NCBI GenBank assembly: GCA_965204755.1
Contig: OZ242011.1
Location: forward strand, 3,264,001 to 3,328,000
Direction: 5' to 3'
DNA from: Candidatus Marinacidobacterium sp.
Lineage (GTDB): Bacteria; Acidobacteriota; Vicinamibacteria; Marinacidobacterales; Marinacidobacteraceae
DNA length: 64,000 bases
The translations under genes were made by a program, and so were the position numbers. This document shows positions 56,721-64,000 of this stretch, piece after piece. Numbering within the stretch: position 1 is the first letter of the stretch; each line of letters begins with the position of its first letter. Below the pieces are notes generated by a model that saw nothing but the letters and a program-made list of their open reading frames with translations, had not been told where the DNA came from and did no database searches.

Positions 56721-59700
56721 ATGGATGCTGAGCGGGTCGTCAGTACGCTGATCGGGGACGGGATCGCCGAGGAGGCGAAGCCGCAGGGGGAGTTCGTGCT
56801 GTCCGCGCGGATCGGCCGGACGGAGGTCAGCGTTGCCGGATCGCTCTCCGCGGCGTCGGCGGGCGCGAAGTTGCGGAGCCGGTGGAAGCAGCGGGTCGGG
56901 AACAGGCCGCTGAAACTGCTCCTGCTCGCGGATGTGTCGGGCGGCGACGACCGCGTCGTGGTCGTCGGCCCGTCGAAGGCCGACCAGGGGCCGTATTCCG
57001 TCCCGGCCACGGGGCTCTTGGAGAAACTCCGGGCGTTCGCCGATCGACCGGACAAGGGGGCGCGGCTGCGCTGGCTCACCCGCGAGTTGCAGCGGCTGGG
57101 TCTTTCCGGCATTCCCGGAGTTCTGGTGCGGGGTCTGCTGACCGAGCACACGCTGGAACGCTGGCGGGAGCGCGACTGGTGGGAGGGCGCGAAGCGGACG
57201 ACCGCCGCCGTCGGGTCGGGAGACACTTGGCGGGACCTCTTCGGCAAACTCGGCTACGAGTTGGAACAACAGCCGGAGGGCTACTTTCTGCGGGCCGGGG
57301 CGGCGCCGGTCGCGGCGGCGATCGCGTTCAGCGAGTCGGACCAGTTCGACCGCTTCGACGAAAACAACCGCCCGCCCGAGGGACGGCTCGCCGACCTGTG
57401 CGCGTCCGCGAACCTGCGCTACGGGATACTCGCGGCCCGCGGGAGGTTGCGCCTCTTCCGGTTCGATGCGCTGGACGGGAGCGGCGCCTCCGACTGGATC
57501 GAACTCGACGCCGCCGAACTCCGGGAAGAGGATCGGCCGTTCCTCGCCCTCTTCGCCTCCGAGTCGCTGGTTCCTGACGGTCGCTTCGATGCGGTGCTGA
57601 GCGACTCGCGCCGATACGGGGTGGAACTCTGGAAGCGGCTGGACAACCGCATCCGGGACCGCGCGCTCCCGGTGCTTGCCGAGGAGATGGAGGTCTGGGC
57701 GAAGGCAACCGGACTCGATCTGTCGGACCCGGCAGTCCGCAAGGACCTGGAACAGGCCTCCCTGACGCTGGCGTTCCGGCTGTTGTTCGTTCTCTACGCC
57801 GAGAGCGCCGGGTATCTGCCGATGAGCAACGCCGAGTACGAGGGTGCCAGTCTCACGAGACTCGTACGGGAAGCGAGGCGGACGAGGGATCGGCTCGACG
57901 ACAAGTCCACGGCGCTGTGGCTCCGGTTCGTGGTGCTGGTGCAGGCCATGCGCGGCGGCAACTCTGCCTGGAAGGTGCCGGCCTACAACGGAGCCCTGTT
58001 CTCCTCGGACGCTTTCCTCGGGGCGGAGACCCTGGAGCGCCTGTCGCTTCGGGATCCCGGGTTCGGCAGCGTCCTGACACTGCTCGGTTGGGACGAGAAG
58101 CACGATTGCGGCGTGGACTACTCCACCATCGAGATCGGCCATTTGGGACACATCTACGAGTCCCTGCTCACTCGGCAACTGACGCTGGCGCAGCGGGACC
58201 TGGTGTACGACGCGAAGAAGGACCGGTACCGCCCGCCGAAATTCAGCGAAGCCAGGGAGCCCGTCGTTTCCGCCGGGTCGCTGCTCTGGCAAACCCATCT
58301 CGGCGGAAGGAAGGCCGGGGGCGTGTACTACACCCCGTCCCCGCTGGTGCGGCACCTCGTTGAGCGGGCGGTCGCGCCGGCGTTCGAGCGGCACCTCGAC
58401 CAAGTGCGGAAGACGGCGGAGACCGACCCGGAGAGCGCCGCCGACCAGTTGCTCGATTTCGCCGTGCTCGACCCGGCGTGCGGGAGCGCCCACTTCCTCG
58501 TGGAAGTCTTGGATCGTCTCGCCGACTTGACGGCTCGCTTCCTCGGAAACCAGCCGCTCCCGGCGATCGCGGCGCGCATGGAGACTCTGCGCGCCGCCGC
58601 CGGAAGCGACAGCGGAATCCGGGACATGACGCTACTGCGCCGTCTTCTGCTGAAGCACTGCATCTACGGCGTGGATGTGAGTCCGATGGGCGTCGAGATC
58701 GCCACCCTGTCGCTTTGGTTGGCCGCGTTCGTGCCCGGTCTCTCGCTGTCCTACCTCGGGCGGAATGTCATTCGCGGAAACTCGCTGCTCGGAGTCGCCG
58801 ATCGGGAAACCGTGGTGAAGCCGCACGCGTTCGAGAGCGATGAACTCCGGGAAAGTCTGAAGAATGCAGCGGAGGCGGCCGCCGAGTTGGCTGACAATCC
58901 GGACCGGACTCCCGAGGAGTATGACCAGAGTTCGGCGGCGGACCATGCCGCCCAAACGTTCGCGGCGGGTGCGAAGCGACTCTTCGATCTGTGGACTGCC
59001 GAGGCGGAGGTTTCGGACTGCCGGAGGTATCTTGGGGGTCGGGGCAAAGCGATTCTCGACGACGATCTCGACGATCGTGGTCGGGAGCTTGTACCAGCGG
59101 CCGCCGACTACGCCCGGCGATGGGATGTCCTTCACTGGCCGGTCGCCTTCCCCCATGTCTTCGCGCGGGAGCGGCCGGGATTCGACGCTGTTGTCGGCAA
59201 TCCTCCGTGGGAAGAGGTCACTGTCGAGGAACTCGACATCTATGTGATGGTGAGTCCCGGACTGAACACGCTTCCGGAGGATCAGCGGCTCCTGGCGGTC
59301 GCCGAACTCGACGAACAGGATCCGGCGCTGCGGTCGCGCGTTCTTCGGGAGAAGGGCCGGGCGAGGACTCAGAGGCGGGGACTCGGTGTCGGAGAATACG
59401 AAGGCTCCCCCGGCGATCCAGACCTCTACAAGTACTTCTGCCAGCGCTACCGGAAACTGCTGCGGGCCGACGGGGCGTTCGGTGTCGTCCTGCCGAGGAC
59501 GGCTTTCAGCGCCAAGGGGTCGGCGAAGTTCCGCGAGTGGCTCTACGGTCAGATCACGGTAGATCGGGTCGATTTCTTGGTGAACACGAAGCAGTGGGCC
59601 TTCGACAGCACGCCGAAGTACACGATCGCCCTGTTGGCGGCACGGAACCGGAGGTCGCCACCGAGTCACCGGGCGGAGTTCGCGGGCACGGCTGATTCGC

Positions 59701-60644
59701 CCGAGGCCTGGAGGAGGCAAGTGTCGCAAGATGGCGTCGGTCTTGCGGCAGGGTGCTTCGGCCCCGAATGGGAGACGCCCCTCGTTCGTTCGCAGGACGA
59801 AGCGGATCTGCTTGAACGAGTTCGTCGCGGTTCGCGATTCCCGCTGGGGTCGGGAAGTCGGTGGTGGTGCTTTCCCGTGGCCGAACTTCATGAAACGAAC
59901 GACAGACCCCTTTGGCTGGCGCAGACCTCCGGTCTTCCGCTCTGGAAGGGTGCGAGTTTCGGACCGTACGAGCCAAGAGGGACGGACGGCCGTCATTTCC
60001 CGCAGGAGGAGGAGTTGCTCCGCCGCAAACTCCACAAGCGCTCGCCGGGCAGCGGCTCACTGCTTGGACGAAAGTCCAAAACAGCACGCCAAGCCGCGGT
60101 GCGGAAGGAGGTGAGACGCGCCCGCGTCGCCTTTCACGATGTAGCCCGTGCGACGGACCCGCGCACCGTAGTCGCCTGCCTGATCCCCCCTACAGTTCTC
60201 CTGACCAACACGGCGCCCTATCTCGCGTTCCTTCACGGTGCGGAGAGGGAGCAGGCAGCCTGCCTGGGTGTCCTGAACAGTCTTCCGTTCGATTGGCAGG
60301 CCCGGCGGTTCGTCGAACTCCATGTGAACTTTTTCATCCTTGAGGGATTGATCGTTCCGGACATGGAGGAGAGCGACTTCGAGGTCGTTGCCGGGGCGTC
60401 GGCGCGGCTTTCCGCCGTGGACGACCGTTTCGCGGACTTTGCGAAGGCTACCGGGGTCAAGTGCGGTCCCGTCGAGGAGGATGAACGGAGCGAATTGCGA
60501 GCGGAGATCGATGCCCGCGTCGCCCGCGCCTGGAAACTCGACGAGAACGACCTCGACCTGATGTTCGCCGATTTCAGCGAGTCGGCGGTGTCGGCGGACT
60601 ACCGGGAAGCCGTGCGAATCCGTCTGCGGGCGTTGAACGCCTGA
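56721..60644 (+). CDS. Type IIG/Eco57I-like large N6-adenine methyltransferase (RM enzyme)
   Basis: FRLLFVLYAES, YNGALF, LGHIYESLL, GGVYYTP, DPACGSAHF, GFDAVVGNPPW, C-terminal TRD-like region LNSLPFDW. Confidence 0.9.
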   Translation: MDAERVVSTLIGDGIAEEAKPQGEFVLSARIGRTEVSVAGSLSAASAGAKLRSRWKQRVGNRPLKLLLLADVSGGDDRVVVVGPSKADQGPYSVPATGLLEKLRAFADRPDKGARLRWLTRELQRLGLSGIPGVLVRGLLTEHTLERWRERDWWEGAKRTTAAVGSGDTWRDLFGKLGYELEQQPEGYFLRAGAAPVAAAIAFSESDQFDRFDENNRPPEGRLADLCASANLRYGILAARGRLRLFRFDALDGSGASDWIELDAAELREEDRPFLALFASESLVPDGRFDAVLSDSRRYGVELWKRLDNRIRDRALPVLAEEMEVWAKATGLDLSDPAVRKDLEQASLTLAFRLLFVLYAESAGYLPMSNAEYEGASLTRLVREARRTRDRLDDKSTALWLRFVVLVQAMRGGNSAWKVPAYNGALFSSDAFLGAETLERLSLRDPGFGSVLTLLGWDEKHDCGVDYSTIEIGHLGHIYESLLTRQLTLAQRDLVYDAKKDRYRPPKFSEAREPVVSAGSLLWQTHLGGRKAGGVYYTPSPLVRHLVERAVAPAFERHLDQVRKTAETDPESAADQLLDFAVLDPACGSAHFLVEVLDRLADLTARFLGNQPLPAIAARMETLRAAAGSDSGIRDMTLLRRLLLKHCIYGVDVSPMGVEIATLSLWLAAFVPGLSLSYLGRNVIRGNSLLGVADRETVVKPHAFESDELRESLKNAAEAAAELADNPDRTPEEYDQSSAADHAAQTFAAGAKRLFDLWTAEAEVSDCRRYLGGRGKAILDDDLDDRGRELVPAAADYARRWDVLHWPVAFPHVFARERPGFDAVVGNPPWEEVTVEELDIYVMVSPGLNTLPEDQRLLAVAELDEQDPALRSRVLREKGRARTQRRGLGVGEYEGSPGDPDLYKYFCQRYRKLLRADGAFGVVLPRTAFSAKGSAKFREWLYGQITVDRVDFLVNTKQWAFDSTPKYTIALLAARNRRSPPSHRAEFAGTADSPEAWRRQVSQDGVGLAAGCFGPEWETPLVRSQDEADLLERVRRGSRFPLGSGSRWWCFPVAELHETNDRPLWLAQTSGLPLWKGASFGPYEPRGTDGRHFPQEEELLRRKLHKRSPGSGSLLGRKSKTARQAAVRKEVRRARVAFHDVARATDPRTVVACLIPPTVLLTNTAPYLAFLHGAEREQAACLGVLNSLPFDWQARRFVELHVNFFILEGLIVPDMEESDFEVVAGASARLSAVDDRFADFAKATGVKCGPVEEDERSELRAEIDARVARAWKLDENDLDLMFADFSESAVSADYREAVRIRLRALNA

Positions 60645-60657
60645 TCGTCGTCGCGCG

Positions 60658-63600
60658 GTGAGTCGGCGTCCGCTTCCGCCGCCCCCCGCGGCCGTGTCGG
60701 TGCGTCCGACCCTGCTCGACAACCTCGAATTCGGGACCCACCGAGTCGGACTCGGCGCTCTCGCCTCCGACGATCCGAAGGACGCTCCGGTGTCCGTCGC
60801 CACCGGGTATGTGAATCTCGGGGGGCTCGCGGCGCTCGCGCAGGTCACGGAGACGCCGGCACGGCCGGTGCGGCTCCTGATCGGGGTCGCGCCTCCGCCC
60901 GGCGGCGGAGGAGCGCGGGCTTTGGTCAGGAAGTTCTTCGACGAGGCGCTTCAGGAGGTCCGCCGCGACCGGAACTTCGGGCGCTTTCCGCCGAGCCGGG
61001 CGAGGAGGAGTATCGGCCCGGTGGCCGAGTGGCTGAAGCGGCCCGAGGTCGAAGTCCGGCGGTACCAGGGAGCGTTCCTCCACGGGAAGGCGTACTTGTT
61101 CGGCGACGCCGGCAACCCGCGGGCGGCGCTCGTGTCCTCGGCGAACCTGACCGCCGCCGGGATGGAGAAGAACCTGGAACTCGGCTTGGTCGAGTACGGC
61201 CCGGACACCGTGGCCAAGGCCATCCGCTGGTTCGACCGCCTGTGGAAGTCCGACCAGGCCCGGGACTTCAAGGAGACGCTGGAGAAGTTGCTGGGCGCGG
61301 ACCCGCTCCTCGACGCGCTGGAAGATCCGCGGGCGATCTACCTCCGGATCCTGCTCGAGTACTTCGGGGACGAGTTGGAGAAGGATCCGCCGCGGCCGCA
61401 GGCGGTCACCCTGGCCGACTTCCAGTGGGACGGGTTCCGGCGGGCGCTCCGGATCCTGGACAAGTGCGGCGGCGTGATCTACGCGGACGGCGTCGGCACC
61501 GGCAAGACGGAGATCGGGCTGGCGCTGCTGGAGCGGTACGCGGTCGGGGAAGGCAAACACGCGCTGGTGGTGGCGCCGGCGCAACTGGTGAAGACCTGGC
61601 AGGACCGGATCGACGAGGGAAACCTGCCGGGCCGGGTCGTTTCCTTCCACCAGTTGGCCGACGACCGGCGACTGAACCCGGAGGGGCGCGGCCGACACCT
61701 CCCCGCCGACAAGGACACCTACCGGCTGATCGTCGTGGACGAAGCGCACGCCTTCCGCAATCCGGACACCGGTTGGCACCGGGCGCTCTCCCGGCTGCTC
61801 GGCGGGAAACCCAAGCACGCGGTCTTCCTCACGGCCACGCCGATCAACAACGGCCTGCCGGACCTCTTCCACCTGGTGATGGCCTTCGCCCGCCACGACG
61901 CGGCGTTCGCCGAGCACGGGATCCGCTCGCTGCGGGCGCTGTTCCGGTCGGCGGGGGCGTTCAGCCGGGACGGGGAGAACCTGGACGCGGACCGCCTGTT
62001 CCCGCTCGCCGACCTGGTGAGCGTCCGGCGCGACCGGGCGTTCATCGAGAAGCACTACCCGGACGCCAAGTTCCCGGACGGGAGGCCGCTGCGCTTCCCG
62101 AAGCCTCGACTCGAGACGGCGCGCTACGCGATAGACGAGGTATGGCCCGGGCTGGTCGCCGAGATCACTGACGCCGTGAACGAACTGACCCTCGCCCGCT
62201 ACCGCCCCGAGCACTACGCGGTCGGTGAGGCGAGGGAAGAGGACCGCAACGATACGGGGATCACCGGCCTGCTGCGCTCGGCGATCCTCAAGCGGTTCGA
62301 GTCCTGCCACGAGTCCTGCCGCCTGACCGTGGAGCGCATGGAGAAGGCGCACGAGGCGTTCCTCGCGGCCTGGGATGCCGGGTTCGTTCCCGGCTCCGAG
62401 GCGCTGCGGGAAATCGTGGAGGCGGACCTCGACGAGACGGCGGCGGCCGCGTGGCTCGGCGACGAGATCGAAGACGGACGGAGCCGACCGGTCGCGGACT
62501 TCGACGCCCTGCTTCGGCAACAGGTGGCGGACGACCTGGAGCGCCTGCGGAGGTTCCACCGGCGCCTGGAAGAGACCCGGCAGGGCGACGATCCGAAACT
62601 CCGGCTGCTGGTCCGGCTGATCGAGGAGTCGCCGTCGGAAAAGGTCGTCGTCTTCTCCGCGTTCGCCGATACGGTGCGCTATCTCGACGAAAAACTCCCG
62701 GAGGTCGTGGACGGACGGCGCCGCGCAGTCGTGATCGGCGAGGAGACCGCGCCCGACGAGCGGATGCGCCGCCTCGAGAGTTTCGCCCCGAAGAGCGTCG
62801 TCGGCGAGGATCACGAACTCCCGGACGAAGTGCAGGAAGTGGATCTCCTGCTCAGCAACGATGTCCTCTCGGAAGGGCAGAACCTGCAGCAGGCGGGAGC
62901 GGTCGTCAGTTACGACTTCCCGTGGAACCCGCAGCGGGTCGTCCAGCGCTACGGGCGGGTCATCCGGCTCAAGAGTCCGCACGACGAGGTGTATCTCACG
63001 ACCATGCTGCCGGCGCCGGGAGACCTCGAACTCCTGCTGAAACTCGAGGCGGCCATCCGGCGCAAACTGACCGCGGCGCGGCTCTACGGCATGGATGTGG
63101 AGGTGGTCGAAGGCGGGGCGCCGGAAGCGGAGTTGATGTCCTTCGCGGAGCGGCTCGCCGCCCACGACCCGACCCTGCTCCGCGAATCCGTCGGATCCGG
63201 CATCGGGGCGGCGTTCAGCGGGGAATCGCTGCGCGCGGACTTCCATCGCGCCCTCATGGAAGGCGAACTGCGGAAACTGCGCAACCTGCCTTGGGGCGTG
63301 GGCGCCGCGTTCCGCCTGCCGGCGCCGGGCCGGTCCGGAGCGGCGACGGCAGCCCCCGGCGAATCGTGGGCCCGGACGCCGGGAGTCTTCTTCGCCTGCC
63401 GGACGAAGCGGGACGACCGCTATTGGCGTTTCGTACCGCTCGAGGGTTCGGGGACCGGGCCGGAACCGGAGGCGCTCCACCTGCGGCGGATCGCGCCGCC
63501 GCGAGGAGTGTCCGGTCTGACCTCCCTGCCGGAGGAGGCGGACCTGGAACGGGCTTGGGAAACCGCCGCGGAGTCCATCGTGAAGGAGCACAACGAACTC

Positions 63601-63939
63601 GCCGAGGCGAGTTTGGAGGAGGCGTCGGTGGGGCCGCGGCAGGCGTGGGCGCTCGGCGTGCTCGACGACCCCGACCACGGCCTCTCCGACGAGGAAGCCG
63701 ACCATGCTTCGGAGGCGCTCCGCGTGGGCCGCAGCCAGTCCATCCGCCGCGAGTTGGGCCGGATCGAGAAGGAACTCGAGGACAAGGCCATCTCCCTCTC
63801 CGAGGCCGCCGGCCGCATCGTGGCCCTCGTGAAGTCGGAGGGCCTCCGCCCGGTGGAGCCCCCCAAACCCCTCGAACCCATCGAAGGCGAACAAGACTTG
63901 GGCGTCGTCTGCTGGATGGCCCTCCTTCCTTCGGCGTAG
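60658..63939 (+). CDS. PLD-nuclease domain fused to SNF2/SF2 helicase
   Basis: VATGY, FLHGKAYLF..SSANLT (PLD-like), ADGVGTGKT, DEAH, TATP, LSEGQNLQ, YDFPWNP..QRYGRV. Confidence 0.9.
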   Translation: MSRRPLPPPPAAVSVRPTLLDNLEFGTHRVGLGALASDDPKDAPVSVATGYVNLGGLAALAQVTETPARPVRLLIGVAPPPGGGGARALVRKFFDEALQEVRRDRNFGRFPPSRARRSIGPVAEWLKRPEVEVRRYQGAFLHGKAYLFGDAGNPRAALVSSANLTAAGMEKNLELGLVEYGPDTVAKAIRWFDRLWKSDQARDFKETLEKLLGADPLLDALEDPRAIYLRILLEYFGDELEKDPPRPQAVTLADFQWDGFRRALRILDKCGGVIYADGVGTGKTEIGLALLERYAVGEGKHALVVAPAQLVKTWQDRIDEGNLPGRVVSFHQLADDRRLNPEGRGRHLPADKDTYRLIVVDEAHAFRNPDTGWHRALSRLLGGKPKHAVFLTATPINNGLPDLFHLVMAFARHDAAFAEHGIRSLRALFRSAGAFSRDGENLDADRLFPLADLVSVRRDRAFIEKHYPDAKFPDGRPLRFPKPRLETARYAIDEVWPGLVAEITDAVNELTLARYRPEHYAVGEAREEDRNDTGITGLLRSAILKRFESCHESCRLTVERMEKAHEAFLAAWDAGFVPGSEALREIVEADLDETAAAAWLGDEIEDGRSRPVADFDALLRQQVADDLERLRRFHRRLEETRQGDDPKLRLLVRLIEESPSEKVVVFSAFADTVRYLDEKLPEVVDGRRRAVVIGEETAPDERMRRLESFAPKSVVGEDHELPDEVQEVDLLLSNDVLSEGQNLQQAGAVVSYDFPWNPQRVVQRYGRVIRLKSPHDEVYLTTMLPAPGDLELLLKLEAAIRRKLTAARLYGMDVEVVEGGAPEAELMSFAERLAAHDPTLLRESVGSGIGAAFSGESLRADFHRALMEGELRKLRNLPWGVGAAFRLPAPGRSGAATAAPGESWARTPGVFFACRTKRDDRYWRFVPLEGSGTGPEPEALHLRRIAPPRGVSGLTSLPEEADLERAWETAAESIVKEHNELAEASLEEASVGPRQAWALGVLDDPDHGLSDEEADHASEALRVGRSQSIRRELGRIEKELEDKAISLSEAAGRIVALVKSEGLRPVEPPKPLEPIEGEQDLGVVCWMALLPSA

Positions 63940-64000
63940 CAGGGGCGGTTCGCTCCCTTCCGGGCAGAACGGAGGAACGCGCGGCGGGCCCGGCTGACGG

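Noticed and set aside
56721-63939. BREX or DISARM call
   Set aside because: No pglZ/brxC or drmA/drmB in the window; only the MTase and PLD-helicase can be supported.

Overview
High-GC bacterial chromosomal segment, most likely Acidobacteriota (acidobacterial-type VWA protein, ASPIC/UnbV plus TPR-multiheme cytochrome cluster). A host-associated lifestyle is possible but only inferred. The backbone is housekeeping and metabolic: cobB, ptrB, penicillin acylase, rnhB, UDG, methylmalonyl-CoA mutase, rlpA, a SorAB-like sulfite dehydrogenase, MscS, tRNA-Arg(CCT), apt and acyP. Defence-type genes are scattered through it: two AAA_14/DUF4143 ATPases, an OLD-like ATPase-TOPRIM, an orphan m6A methyltransferase, a complete three-gene Lamassu/ABC-3C system, a decayed AAA_21 pair, and a type IIG-like methyltransferase plus PLD-SNF2 helicase locus. 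The most striking unexplained feature is at 53.56-55.48 kb. Four structurally conserved but sequence-diverged hairpin RNA units each start 7-8 nt after their own -10 box (three also have a -35 at 17 nt spacing). They lie directly upstream of an intact NYN/PIN-fold ribonuclease at the head of the RM-like locus, making a candidate RNA-antitoxin/RNase system. Also notable are two tandem GT-C glycosyltransferases with a Cys-containing ~90-110 aa repeat domain I cannot name, a shared ~690 bp tail and an in-frame C28 homopolymer. All calls come from reading motifs by eye; no database search was run, and several start codons are estimates.
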